Sequence record: CP053388.1
DNA: 64,000 nucleotides
Source: Escherichia phage CMS-2020a
Direction: 5' to 3' (one strand)
The first letter of the stretch is position 1, and each line of letters starts with the position of its first letter. A program made the position numbers and the translations under genes. The notes beneath the pieces are model-generated. The model had not been told where the DNA came from and did no database searches. It was given only the letters and a program-made list of their open reading frames with translations. This document shows positions 10,101 through 19,709 of the stretch, piece by piece.

Positions 10101-11868
10101 CTGTAATTGTCCAGACACCGTTCAAAACAGGCGTTTCCGCTGACGACAGGGCTTTTGAAAACGTAACCTTTGTTATGTTTTCGCCAGTTTCAAGAACATC
10201 GCGTTCAACGATTTTGCCTTCCTGATTCAGTATTCGAATAAAGCAGCCGCCTTTGGCTAACGACACCGGCGCATCGAGTGTGACGCTGTTTTTGGTAAAC
10301 GCCACAATTCGACCTGAGTTACGTTTGCCTGCGCGATATTTGTTCTGAATCAGAACGGTTTCACCAGGCATCAGAAATGACGCGTCTAAGCCGGCAGTAA
10401 ATGTAATTACATCCGACTCCATTCTGGCGGTATATAAAAGCCACAAACCAACTCGGTGAGCCTGCCCTCGGCTTGTACAGCCAAATGCTACGACTTCTGT
10501 CTTACGCTCACCATAACGGCGCATTGCGTCCTGATCTTCAACGTACTCGATGTTTTGCTTATAACCGTCCTCCTTGTTGTTGTAGGTTACGAGCGCAACG
10601 GATGGGCGATCTTTACGCGCAGAACCTTTATAGGTAAACAATCCATCTTTGACGTTAGAGTTGGTAAACATCATTACCGGATCTGATGGGCTATCCTGCA
10701 TGATGTTAACCATGCCACCAGCCCAAAACACCATACCGCGGAATGCACCGGCAATATCCTGAATTAATCGGTATGCGTCCTGTCGACTGGTGATCTGCGT
10801 ATTGATTGCAAAGCGTTTCTCTTTACCACCAAAGCCATCATCAACCTCTTCGTCACAATATCGACCGATCTGGTATAGCTGGCCGAGGTCAATCATAGAT
10901 TCCGACACATACTGACCAAGGCCATATCGAGCATTGGTAAGCAAATCAAAGAGAATCCACGCGGGGTTTGAAGAAGACAACAGCTTAAAAGTGCCATCCC
11001 ATACACCATCATAAGTGTTGCTGGCCTCGTTGTAGTTTGACGGCACGCGAATTTTTAATCCACGTACCAAATACGAACGAGATGGCATGGTGCTACCAAA
11101 CTGCTCAGAATTAACCTTCAGACCCACCAGCACAGAGTTTGGGTAGTTCATCGGTGTATCTACAATCTCACCTATTGAGTCCACCCATGTATCGTTATAG
11201 AGATACTGGCTGCTGTTATCATCGGTAATACGGACTACACGAACCTTGTACGCGCGTCCAGGCTTAGGCAGCTTCAGCTCATAGCTACGGTAATAAACAC
11301 CTGTCTTCTTTGCTGTTAGCTTAATGCCAACGCTTTTTTCACCTTCTGCGACCACATCTACAAATGTTGAGTCGCCATTTGCTATCTGGAACTTGTACTC
11401 AACGGTTGTACCGTTCGTGTCACCAGTTTTTTTATCTATGCTTCGCAAAGAAGGAAACTTCATGATGACACGAACCCGATCAGCTTCATCGTTATCGATT
11501 GAAACCGTTACATAATGTGTTTTTTTTAACTGGATATTGACGGATTTAGGCGTTTCAACGAAATCAAAGCCAGACATTGGAGTCTGGTCTTGCGAACCGT
11601 CGCGAAAATCCCATGTGATTCCGCTGAAGTTGGAGGAACCGTCTTCATTTACAATCGGCAGATCGTCGACAAAAATAGATCTTGCGCCATTTACCAAGCC
11701 GCCAATTACACCTTCCCCAAGAAGATCGAGGATAGCGGCCATTGCACGAGAATTTACGGTATCGTCGGCTTCAACCGGTGTACGGCTAGAGCTTTTGCTG
11801 CTTTTTTTACCACCCGCACCTGCAATAAACAGCGGTAACTTTTTCTTCTTGAACTGTTCCATGTTCAA
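7135..11868 (-). CDS. tail tip / host specificity protein (lambda J-like) with inserted coiled-coil repeat stalk
   Basis: 1577 aa; N-terminal region alignable to lambda J; about 10 tandem ~37-aa repeats of the ITQLxSKVxxDIxAAIxxEQEARxxxDxAL type. Confidence 0.9.
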   Translation of the reverse strand: MNMEQFKKKKLPLFIAGAGGKKSSKSSSRTPVEADDTVNSRAMAAILDLLGEGVIGGLVNGARSIFVDDLPIVNEDGSSNFSGITWDFRDGSQDQTPMSGFDFVETPKSVNIQLKKTHYVTVSIDNDEADRVRVIMKFPSLRSIDKKTGDTNGTTVEYKFQIANGDSTFVDVVAEGEKSVGIKLTAKKTGVYYRSYELKLPKPGRAYKVRVVRITDDNSSQYLYNDTWVDSIGEIVDTPMNYPNSVLVGLKVNSEQFGSTMPSRSYLVRGLKIRVPSNYNEASNTYDGVWDGTFKLLSSSNPAWILFDLLTNARYGLGQYVSESMIDLGQLYQIGRYCDEEVDDGFGGKEKRFAINTQITSRQDAYRLIQDIAGAFRGMVFWAGGMVNIMQDSPSDPVMMFTNSNVKDGLFTYKGSARKDRPSVALVTYNNKEDGYKQNIEYVEDQDAMRRYGERKTEVVAFGCTSRGQAHRVGLWLLYTARMESDVITFTAGLDASFLMPGETVLIQNKYRAGKRNSGRIVAFTKNSVTLDAPVSLAKGGCFIRILNQEGKIVERDVLETGENITKVTFSKALSSAETPVLNGVWTITEPDLEPMRVRIVNIAQGETPGSFDITAVENNPSKYEAIDNGATLIPQNTTVLDPTYSKPSNLQITEGTYLSSPGNLSVKLTATWEGKSPEYWISWRRSDENNVSNWQSARVTEEQYEIVNVAENGRYDFQLYAVSFNGKKTEIISTVYQVLGTMTPPDSPTSLTAVGDYRNVILNWVNPDSVDLDHINVYASQTNNLDTAKLIAESASTTFTHAGLGDSETWYYWVRASNKRGMLSPPNSNLGTEATTRDVLSFLTGKITSSELGQALLEDINSKASQEAVDELNEHINQSVESLEGAVNDVKEDIAELDKQFSDNLADFEIKFNERSDALENAQTELKGEVSATIDKVNEAFEKIDATDAAIVEIENTVSEHDKALANTVEAIKAARDEAAALIAKESEARVEGDAANAKQLEVLQSTVEESSAAVEEMKKTVAEVDRASAELTTNIEALAKTNIDLALRQDEDQHKQMVNNAKIATTQKTFADDMSAIATKVEEIRVEIGEDIKASILEESTARADGDEALAKRVTQLQSKFEGDISAAISTEQEARTSADEALTTQITQLESKVSNDIVAAIKEEQEARATEDSALASQITQLQAKVDDDISAAIRSEQEARASGDSALAKQINQLQSKVDGDISAAITQEQEARASADQALSREINSLRAQTGTDIAAAVAVETKARTDADSALSTQITSLTAKANDLEASLARETTARADGDTALTKEVSSLKAQTAKDISAAVAVETQARTDADSALSSQITKLTSQYKEDIKAAVATETKTRTEQDAALATQITNLESQTAANISAAVTTETTARTQADNALSGRIDTLKAEVDGNTATIQQQATAIADTNKKVSTAWTLKMETSTSGGQKYVAGIALGIDTTGLSQFLVQADRFGLVNSVNGKITTPFVIENSIAYMNGAYIKDGTITNAKVGDLQSTNFVSGRSGWRFGKNGTLEINGNSGGNGRLVINGQRIDVYDDNNVLRVRIGRL
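7670..8750 (-). repeat. tandem ~111-bp coding repeats (coiled-coil heptad array) inside J-like gene
   Basis: Repeating gcctcctgctc... units visible in DNA; protein repeats EQEARA(S/T)xDxAL. Confidence 0.7.
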
Positions 11869-11880
11869 AAAAATCCTTGT

Positions 11881-12474
11881 TTACATTAGCTGGTCAATCG
11901 TGATTGAAGAACTCACAACCTGTGAGCCAACCAGAATTTCCTCGCCATAGATAAGTTGTACTGGGTTGCCCTGGTTTTCTGTATTTTGAGGGCCGTCGAA
12001 ATAATAAGAGTTCGAGTTATCTGCCTGTCTCACACTTTCGTTAGTGGCTTGCGGCGATATGATTTGTGATATGCCGCCCATCATCAGTGACAAACCGAGA
12101 GGTGCTAAAGCAGGCATCACTACCGCCGATACAACCAACAAAGCGGCCCCTACTACCGTCTGAAACCACCCAAAAGCAGATCCACCGCTTCCTCGCGGAA
12201 CAGGTGTAATGCGGATTTTGGCAATGTTGTCAGACTGCCCCATCATCTGATATTCACTTTCGTCAACAGACCACTTGTGGCCCTGTTTATTGGTGATCTG
12301 GATGTGGTAACGGTCATAGGTTTTGATATTGCGCTTCATCCATGCTTTAAACCCAGGCTTGTTGGCCTCAATTAAATCCAGAGCCTGTTTTGTATTGCGC
12401 ACCTTTAGATGCCAGTGGCGGCCAAAATGTTTGGCCATAGGGCCGCCAAGCTGCACATGAACTAACTCAGACAC
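11881..12474 (-). CDS. tail assembly protein (lambda I-like)
   Basis: 197 aa, C-terminal hydrophobic Gly-rich segment; position between K and J. Confidence 0.75.
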   Translation of the reverse strand: MSELVHVQLGGPMAKHFGRHWHLKVRNTKQALDLIEANKPGFKAWMKRNIKTYDRYHIQITNKQGHKWSVDESEYQMMGQSDNIAKIRITPVPRGSGGSAFGWFQTVVGAALLVVSAVVMPALAPLGLSLMMGGISQIISPQATNESVRQADNSNSYYFDGPQNTENQGNPVQLIYGEEILVGSQVVSSSITIDQLM

Positions 12475-13286
12475 GTCTCATCTCCCTTGAGCAAGTCTCT
12501 GTGACGCAAGTGATGCGTCGTATGTTTCTGATACATTCCGCCGTAATAAGCACGACAACTAAGGCGGTCGATCTGGTGATGAAGAATCATTCCATCGCCG
12601 ATATAAACCGCGCAGTGGTCAGGCATTTTCCCGTATTGGATAAAGAAGATGTCCCCACGTTGAGGCTCTGTTCCGGGAGCAAGACGCACCAATCCCTCGT
12701 TACGGTAGTTCTGATCGAGAATGTCGTTATCGCCGGTGTACCACGATGGAATATGCAGGTGTGCGTTCGGGTTTAGTTCGACGTTAAACTCACGCTTCAA
12801 ATAGTCCCGACACAACATCCAGCAATCGAATACGCCAAATACATACGGTCTGCCCAGGTATGGCATTTCGAAACCATCAGGTGTGATCACATTCATCTCG
12901 CTAAAATGGAAAGGGGCATCTCCCTCAACATTCTTGCGAATAGCCAGAATCATCCACGGAACTTCCGTCGCTTCGCAGCCTGCACGATCGGCATCAGATG
13001 CTTCTGCTGATTCATCAGTATGTGAATGCCAGATTGCGATAACATCACCCGCATCCTCTGCCGCCATAATGTCGTCAACGTGCATTACAAAAGTGTTCTG
13101 CGGGTTCTCCGAAACATTCCGCGCTTCCATAAAGCGATATTTGTCGCCATTAGTTCTAACCAGAAAGCCACACGCTTCATTAGGGTAGCGATTTATGGCG
13201 CAGAGATAGATTTGCTGCATAACGTCAGAGCCAAGCTCAGGGATTGCTTTATTACCCATACCGCGTAGCTCCAATAAATCCGCCAA
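12462..13286 (-). CDS. tail assembly protein (lambda K-like; MPN/JAMM plus NlpC/P60 domains)
   Basis: HSHTDESAEASDAD JAMM-like motif and Cys/His NlpC-P60 region; position between L and I. Confidence 0.85.
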   Translation of the reverse strand: MADLLELRGMGNKAIPELGSDVMQQIYLCAINRYPNEACGFLVRTNGDKYRFMEARNVSENPQNTFVMHVDDIMAAEDAGDVIAIWHSHTDESAEASDADRAGCEATEVPWMILAIRKNVEGDAPFHFSEMNVITPDGFEMPYLGRPYVFGVFDCWMLCRDYLKREFNVELNPNAHLHIPSWYTGDNDILDQNYRNEGLVRLAPGTEPQRGDIFFIQYGKMPDHCAVYIGDGMILHHQIDRLSCRAYYGGMYQKHTTHHLRHRDLLKGDETCLS

Positions 13287-13983
13287 AATGGATCACACCG
13301 TCGGCAAAATAATTCCGACGCGCATTACAGGCGTCATAACGTTTTGTGCAGTAATCCGCACCAGACATAGACGTCTGCTGGTTATTTTTGTCGAAATATG
13401 GACCGGTATAGCCGCATTCTGGCCCTCGGTATTTCCACGGGCAGGTGTTTTTAATGATCTGACGATACGGCAGTTGCACCCCCATCAAATCGAACACACT
13501 AGACAATTCAAACTCGACAACCTGATGAGTTTCGAGAGTTTTCTGTTCGATAAACCACATTTCATCCGGGAAATGTTGGTTTGGATCTGCTGTTGGGTTG
13601 CCGTCTTTAAAATTAACGGCATCGAGGAAGCGAGCCAGCGTCATCTTGCGAATAATGCGGCAGCCAACAAGATCGTCGTTTGCCTGAACTTCCGCAGAGA
13701 CAGTTCCGGCAAAGTTCGATACCTGAATTTTTGGACGTGGCAACGTTCCCTGGCCAGTTTTGTCAAAGCCTGATGCTTTGATTGGCCACGGCTCGTATGT
13801 CACTCCTTGCCAGACGACCGGTTGCATCAGTTCGTTTGTTCCGGCGTGGAAGAATAACTTCCCCCCTGAAGTTGTGTTCGACATATCCAGTACGAACAAC
13901 TCAATGAGTGCAGAGGGAGATAAGCTCTGAATATCAGCTTTAATTCCCATTGTTTCATCCTTGAAATAAGTAGGCGCTAACAT
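13252..13983 (-). CDS. minor tail protein (lambda L-like)
   Basis: 243 aa with C-terminal Cys cluster; gene order M-L-K-I-J. Confidence 0.8.
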   Translation of the reverse strand: MLAPTYFKDETMGIKADIQSLSPSALIELFVLDMSNTTSGGKLFFHAGTNELMQPVVWQGVTYEPWPIKASGFDKTGQGTLPRPKIQVSNFAGTVSAEVQANDDLVGCRIIRKMTLARFLDAVNFKDGNPTADPNQHFPDEMWFIEQKTLETHQVVEFELSSVFDLMGVQLPYRQIIKNTCPWKYRGPECGYTGPYFDKNNQQTSMSGADYCTKRYDACNARRNYFADGVIHFGGFIGATRYG

Positions 13984-14000
13984 CCTGTCAGCGCCACAAT

Positions 14001-14025
14001 GATAGTAAATTAGTACTTACTTATC
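14001..14025. promoter_or_regulatory. motif B palindrome
   Basis: gatagtaaattagtacttacttatc between M and L genes. Confidence 0.5.
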
Positions 14026-14032
14026 CAGATAC

Positions 14033-14368
14033 TTAAGCCTCAAATACTTGTCTGAATGTAGCAGTTAAGACACAGTACCCCTGATATCGCTTGACCGTAT
14101 GACTGTCACATACAACTACAATCCGTTTTCCTCTTGGATTAACCCAATAGAACGACTCAACGCCTGCTCGCTCAGTCAGGAAGTCATCGATTGCATTAAT
14201 TTCGTTGTATGATCTGGTAAAGGTTAACGACCATTCTTCTTTAATACGATTAAGACCTTGAGCCTGTCTCTGCTCGTAGTCATCACCAAAATTAAGTACC
14301 GTTACATTCGGTTTTACGCTCTTTTCAGATTCGTAATCTGGATACCAATTAAACGTTTGTCTTTCCAT
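14033..14368 (-). CDS. minor tail protein (lambda M-like)
   Basis: 111 aa, immediately downstream of the tape measure gene. Confidence 0.7.
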   Translation of the reverse strand: MERQTFNWYPDYESEKSVKPNVTVLNFGDDYEQRQAQGLNRIKEEWSLTFTRSYNEINAIDDFLTERAGVESFYWVNPRGKRIVVVCDSHTVKRYQGYCVLTATFRQVFEA

Positions 14369-14410
14369 CTCACATCCTTGTGAGACTGCCCCGGTCGGGG
14401 CAGTCGATAG

Positions 14411-17400
14411 TTAGTTACGTTGAGTGTTTGGGTTGAGTGATCCGCCAGGGCGTTTCTCTTGAGCGATAGTCTCAAGCGCGATTGCTTTCATCCGTTGAGC
14501 GGCATTGTTCCATATGCTTTCTGTATCGCCGGATTCAGTTGTGCTACCGTCACTATGGACGTTGATCTCAATTGATACCGGAGAAAGAACATTTCCTCCT
14601 CCACTCATACCATCGGTACTGAGCGTTACAGGGATTGTTCGACCATCAGGCAATGGAACATACGCCTCATTCATATCGCCTTCCCCAAACAACGCCAATT
14701 GAGGTGAGTTGGCGATACCGCCTTTCTGGTATGCCCGGAGCGGGATCACGCCGTCTTTTCCGAATATGCCACCATTTGCAAACTTCGGAATTGCAGGAAT
14801 ACCATTCGTGCCATCGGCAGCAGAACTGGTCAGATTGTTGAACCCGGAAGTTGAGCCAGAAGAACCGGACATCAATCCATCGAATCCACCACCAGCCCAT
14901 ACTGAAACCAAACCAGATGCAACTGTCGCGCCGAAATTCAACCACTTATTACCAGAGCCGGAAGCATTAGCTCCAAGCATTGCAAACGCGGCAGACAGAG
15001 CGCCGGTAACAGAGCTGAGGTTCTGCATCGAGAAGATGGAGTCCTTCACTGCTTTTGTCTCAGCATCTTTGGCTTCGGTGCTATCAAATAGCCCCGATAC
15101 CCAGCTACCAATCGCATTTGTTGCTGTGCCAATTGCGCTGGTGGTCTGCTGTGTTGTTTGCCCCAATCCAGTTACCGAACTGGACGTCTCCTTCGTGGCT
15201 TCTCCTACCGACTTGTCGCCATTAACAGTGTTGCCCATTCGTACACCTTGATTGGCAACGGCAGAAGCAACTCCAGTGAGCAAATTGCCACTCTGTGAAC
15301 TACCAGCTGCGGTGGTTCCCATCCCCAACATGTTCATTAGAGGCAGCGTGATTTGCGACTTCACGACCATATTGGTGATATCTTTCAAAATGGACTGAGA
15401 TAGGCTGGAGAAGCTCATCTTCCCGTTAATAACGAAATCAGTCAGGACATCAGTTAAGCCACTAAACAAATCAGTCCAGGTGCTTTCGATCTGCTCTGCC
15501 AAGTTTTCGTATTCCAGTGCCAACTTCTGCGTCGCAGTCCCCGTCTCTTTAATAAGCGCGGTATTGCCAGCAGCAATCAGTTGATTGATTTTCTTTGTAT
15601 AAAGCGCCACAACTTTAGGATCAGACGCCTTATCACGAAGTTCTATCAACGCTTTGAGATTGCGGTTGTAGGTGTCTTCGAAATCAGCAACTTTCTCTTC
15701 GCGAGACGGCGTATAGCCAGCACTAATAATGGAATCCGCCTCCGGTGCCCAAGTGGAGATCATCTGCTCAACATTGCGGCGATTAAACATCTCGCGATAT
15801 TCAGGTGTCGCATTTTTGAGGTCTTCAAGACGTTTTTTCGCCTTGTCGATCATCTCTTGAGTGATGAACTCGTTAGGTACCGCATTAGCCAAATCTGTCA
15901 GCGATTTCGTTGTATCGCGAAGAGACTGATCAAACGATACCGTAGCCTTAGAGCTTTCACCCATTTGCCCCATAAGCTGATCAGCTTTGTCCAGAGCCTT
16001 CTGGTATCCGGCTGCCAGTTTCTGTTGCGCTGCCTGTTCCTTCTTGGCCGCACGCTGCGAGGCGTTAGCTGATCGTTGGGCTGCTTTCTCGGCAGCTGCT
16101 GCATCCTGTTCACGAGCTTTAGTAAGTGCGGCAATGGCTGCGGCACGCTCTTCATCGCTCATTTTCTCCAGAGAGCTGGCACTGGATGCTTTCTGCAAAT
16201 TAAGCTGCGTCTTGAGTTGTTTAGGCCCAATAATCGGCTTACCTTCGAAGTCCATCATCGGAGTGCCGTCAGGCAAAGTACGCTGATAAGTCGCAGAATC
16301 CATCTGGTTTCGCATATATTGCGCCAACGCCTTCTGAGCAGCTTTATCAGTTGTACCTAACCCAAGAACAGTCCCCTGGTTTGACATTACGCCCTTACCA
16401 GTTTTGGCCGCGTTATCTCTCTCGAACTCTGCCTGAGTCAGCTCCTGAGCAACGGCTTCCAAATGCTCCTGATAACCACGAATACTGCCTTGCAGTTTCT
16501 GGATCTGCTCGGTATTTCCATCCTTTTTGGCTTTTTCAAGCTGATCATTAAGAGTCGCAATTTGCTTCTCGGTCGCATTCTTACGAGAAGAAAGTGAATC
16601 AACCAGTTTTTGCGCAGGCTCCAGATAGCTTTTGTTTACCGTTTCACGTAACGGTGCCAATAGCTTGTTCTTTTCGTCATCTGAAAGTGAACCGTCATCA
16701 TTGATTTTCTGGATCTTATCCAGAGCCTCTTGCCGGGCTTTCACGAATGTTGCCGCGAAAATCTGGTTTTCCGCTCGAATTTTCTCAATCTGAGATTCGG
16801 CAGCCTCTTTAGCCAAACGCTTTGCTACAGCGCCGTCACCAAGAGCTATCGTGCCGGTTATCTTTTGATACTCCTCCTGATTTTTTTTCAGGCGTGCTTC
16901 GATGTCAGCCTTCGACTCTTTGTGAGTAATAACACCGGCAGAGTTAGATACGTAATTAACACCCTCACCAGTTTTTAATGCTCGTTGATCAGCAAGAATC
17001 TGCTTTTCGAGCTTTTCTGCGCGGTCGGCCATTTGTGCACGTTTGGCCGCTGTCATCGCTTCTGGTATTTTCCTAATCTCGTCAACGACCTTTGAAGTTT
17101 CGCTGCGGAGCATGGTCATGTACGTGATTAGGCCAGCAACAGCTACAGTGGCAACTGTAAATGCTGCCCCTATAGGGTTTGCTGCAATGAACGCCGTTAA
17201 TCCAGCAAAAGCGCCTTTAAGCCCCGTAATCGCCCCACGGATGGCGAAAATAAGAGAGGGGATCGGAGCCAGCCCCATACGTGCCGCACGATTGAATCGA
17301 GTTACTGCTGTAGCGCCGAGGTTAAATGGAGTCTGTATGGCGGTCGCCATCGTGGCAAAGGTGCTAACCATCTGGCTCCCAGCGCCAACTACCCCCATGA

Positions 17401-19000
17401 TCCCTGCTCGCATCAGTTTGAACGCAACCATCGCGGCCACGACCTTACCGAGATTAATTACCAGCTCTTGGTTCTTTGCTAACCATTGAGCAAGCTGACG
17501 CAACCCATCGATTGCCGTTGTTAACCCCGAACCTAAAGAATTGGCAAACGAAATCCCTTCGGCGCTATTCATGATTGAAGCCAGTTCTTTCATCCCCTTC
17601 GATAGAGAATCCAGATATCCGGCCTGACCAACCCGATCAGCAAATAACGTGAATGACGTCTGAAGTTGCGCCAGCGCACCTGTGTAGGTTTGCATCATGT
17701 CTTTCGCTGCGTTCTCATTCTCCGCACGCAGACCAACAAACATCAGAGACAACGCCTGTTTTGCCTCAACCGTACCGCTGGCAACGGCTTTAGTCAGTTC
17801 CCCCATAGTGATGCCTGCGGCGTCTGCCATTGCCTGCATCGCGTTAGGAACGGCTTCACCTAATTGCTGACGTAGCTCTTCCATTGACACGACGCCCTTA
17901 CCGGACATCTGCTGAACGGCCACAGCCGCACGTTTCAACAGCTCACTATCACCACCAAAACGAGCAACGGAGTCCACCAGCGCCTTCAGAGAGCCATCGG
18001 TTGGATCTAAGCCAGCAGAACGAAACTTCACGAAGGAATCTGTTAACGCCTGCATCGCGAACGGCGCATTTTGAGCCATGTCTACGATGTACTTCATGTC
18101 ATCGGCGGCAGCCTGGCCAGGGTTAGACTTCTCCTTATTCAACCCACGAAGCATCACCCGCATACGTTCCATTTCGGCCGCAGCTTCAACAATAGGCTTC
18201 TGCCATCCAAACATGATGTCAGTAACCGTTCTGGCTGCATCTCCGATCTCGCCAAGCAGGAAAATGTTGCCACGAAGGCCAGAGAACATACCTCCTTCGT
18301 TACTTTTACCGCTATGGCCAGAGCCGCTACGCCGCCCGCTGCCACCATCGCCACTTCCAGATGTACGAACGCGTACCGGCTTGCTAATCAGTTGCTGACG
18401 TCCGATAACTTCGTCCATCTGCTCACGAACCTTTTTCAGTCCCTCGGCAGCCTGACTCGTTGTGACACCCCAATTACTGAGTCGCTTCGTCGTGGTATTA
18501 AGGCGCGTATTCATGCCACTCACGGACGCAGAGGCTTCTTTGACCTCCGTACCAAAGCGGCTTGCGCTTTTGCTTGCATAGGTCGCCCAATCAGAGAAAT
18601 CATTTAGCTCTGATTGCACTTTACGTAATGACGCGGTGAGTTTATCTACTGAAGAAGTTGTCGTATCGACGCGCTCAATCAGGGCTTTAAGACCAGAATT
18701 GAGGCTGGTGATGTTGCCACGCATTTTACGCGTAGCATCTGAAGCAAGCTCAAAACCGGCAGCTACATCCTGTAGTTTATCTGCCGTAGAATCGAGCTTG
18801 CTTTCCAGAACGCCAATGATACGGGCGACCGAACCCAAAGAGCGTTCAAAGGTTTGGATTTTTTGAGCAGGCTTTGTTACCTGCTCACCAAATCGAGTAA
18901 GCAGTTTCCCCGCACGATCGATTGACGCTGTAAACTGTTTGTCTTCCAGCGACAGGATAAACTCTACGTTTTGTGACATTCCCTTGTCATCCTCTGCCAA
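14411..19000 (-). CDS. tail tape measure protein
   Basis: 1529 aa, extended helical/coiled-coil composition with hydrophobic central segments; follows G/GT chaperones. Confidence 0.9.
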   Translation of the reverse strand: MAEDDKGMSQNVEFILSLEDKQFTASIDRAGKLLTRFGEQVTKPAQKIQTFERSLGSVARIIGVLESKLDSTADKLQDVAAGFELASDATRKMRGNITSLNSGLKALIERVDTTTSSVDKLTASLRKVQSELNDFSDWATYASKSASRFGTEVKEASASVSGMNTRLNTTTKRLSNWGVTTSQAAEGLKKVREQMDEVIGRQQLISKPVRVRTSGSGDGGSGRRSGSGHSGKSNEGGMFSGLRGNIFLLGEIGDAARTVTDIMFGWQKPIVEAAAEMERMRVMLRGLNKEKSNPGQAAADDMKYIVDMAQNAPFAMQALTDSFVKFRSAGLDPTDGSLKALVDSVARFGGDSELLKRAAVAVQQMSGKGVVSMEELRQQLGEAVPNAMQAMADAAGITMGELTKAVASGTVEAKQALSLMFVGLRAENENAAKDMMQTYTGALAQLQTSFTLFADRVGQAGYLDSLSKGMKELASIMNSAEGISFANSLGSGLTTAIDGLRQLAQWLAKNQELVINLGKVVAAMVAFKLMRAGIMGVVGAGSQMVSTFATMATAIQTPFNLGATAVTRFNRAARMGLAPIPSLIFAIRGAITGLKGAFAGLTAFIAANPIGAAFTVATVAVAGLITYMTMLRSETSKVVDEIRKIPEAMTAAKRAQMADRAEKLEKQILADQRALKTGEGVNYVSNSAGVITHKESKADIEARLKKNQEEYQKITGTIALGDGAVAKRLAKEAAESQIEKIRAENQIFAATFVKARQEALDKIQKINDDGSLSDDEKNKLLAPLRETVNKSYLEPAQKLVDSLSSRKNATEKQIATLNDQLEKAKKDGNTEQIQKLQGSIRGYQEHLEAVAQELTQAEFERDNAAKTGKGVMSNQGTVLGLGTTDKAAQKALAQYMRNQMDSATYQRTLPDGTPMMDFEGKPIIGPKQLKTQLNLQKASSASSLEKMSDEERAAAIAALTKAREQDAAAAEKAAQRSANASQRAAKKEQAAQQKLAAGYQKALDKADQLMGQMGESSKATVSFDQSLRDTTKSLTDLANAVPNEFITQEMIDKAKKRLEDLKNATPEYREMFNRRNVEQMISTWAPEADSIISAGYTPSREEKVADFEDTYNRNLKALIELRDKASDPKVVALYTKKINQLIAAGNTALIKETGTATQKLALEYENLAEQIESTWTDLFSGLTDVLTDFVINGKMSFSSLSQSILKDITNMVVKSQITLPLMNMLGMGTTAAGSSQSGNLLTGVASAVANQGVRMGNTVNGDKSVGEATKETSSSVTGLGQTTQQTTSAIGTATNAIGSWVSGLFDSTEAKDAETKAVKDSIFSMQNLSSVTGALSAAFAMLGANASGSGNKWLNFGATVASGLVSVWAGGGFDGLMSGSSGSTSGFNNLTSSAADGTNGIPAIPKFANGGIFGKDGVIPLRAYQKGGIANSPQLALFGEGDMNEAYVPLPDGRTIPVTLSTDGMSGGGNVLSPVSIEINVHSDGSTTESGDTESIWNNAAQRMKAIALETIAQEKRPGGSLNPNTQRN

Positions 19001-19256
19001 ATATTTGCATCAGTTGCTCTTTGGCGTCAGGGTCTGCCTTATCCTGGCTTGGATCGTAGACTTTATCTGTTACGACTGGTCTTCCAATCCTGAGTTGCAA
19101 ACCCTCCATGAACGCCTTCACAGCCTCGCCATCCGCCTGGGACGCACGAGCGACTTGTAAGTTGCGGACATCCTCTTCCGCACGCAGACGGTCTATATTG
19201 CGACTGAGCATCCAGAACATCGTGAGAGGAACGTTCAGTAGCTCTAATGGCGACAC
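18987..19256 (-). CDS. tail assembly chaperone T-frame segment (probable -1 frameshift product GT)
   Basis: -1 frame is open from the last ~12 codons of the G ORF through this ORF. Confidence 0.5.
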   Translation of the reverse strand: MSPLELLNVPLTMFWMLSRNIDRLRAEEDVRNLQVARASQADGEAVKAFMEGLQLRIGRPVVTDKVYDPSQDKADPDAKEQLMQIFGRG

Positions 19257-19336
19257 GGCGTAGTGAGCAACTACACGACTGAAATAGAATCCGAGATCTA
19301 TTGAGACGGTCCTTGTCCCGGATTCATCGCGGGAAA

Positions 19337-19654
19337 TTACTTTGCCCCTTCGCCAGCCGCTTTTTCGTTTTCTTCATCAATCACTTCCATAGCGAAGGTG
19401 AAGATCTGCTGGAGTTGCGGAACAGTCAGTTTTTCAAGAACTTCGTCAGGTACTGAAGGGATAACCTTACGAACCAGATCTGCATAAGCTGTCACTTGCT
19501 CAACAGGAGACATGTTCATGAGATCTTTGCCTTCCATCTGCTTGATGGAAACGAACAGACCTACCGTCATTTCAACGATGGGATATTCCTGACCGCCAAA
19601 TTTGATGCTTTTCTTCGGAGGCAGAATGGAATCGAGATCGAGTAATTTGGTCAT
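19337..19654 (-). CDS. tail assembly chaperone (lambda G-like)
   Basis: 105-aa acidic protein between major tail and tape measure genes. Confidence 0.6.
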   Translation of the reverse strand: MTKLLDLDSILPPKKSIKFGGQEYPIVEMTVGLFVSIKQMEGKDLMNMSPVEQVTAYADLVRKVIPSVPDEVLEKLTVPQLQQIFTFAMEVIDEENEKAAGEGAK

Positions 19655-19709
19655 TGGTTAAAATCCTTTTAAAAGAGAGGCCCATCCTGAGCCTCTGCTT
19701 AATTACTGA

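Noticed and set aside
14505-19160. Multiple antisense ORFs of 60-180 aa within the tape measure gene
   Set aside because: No RBS or motif support; explained by the long stop-poor TMP coding region.
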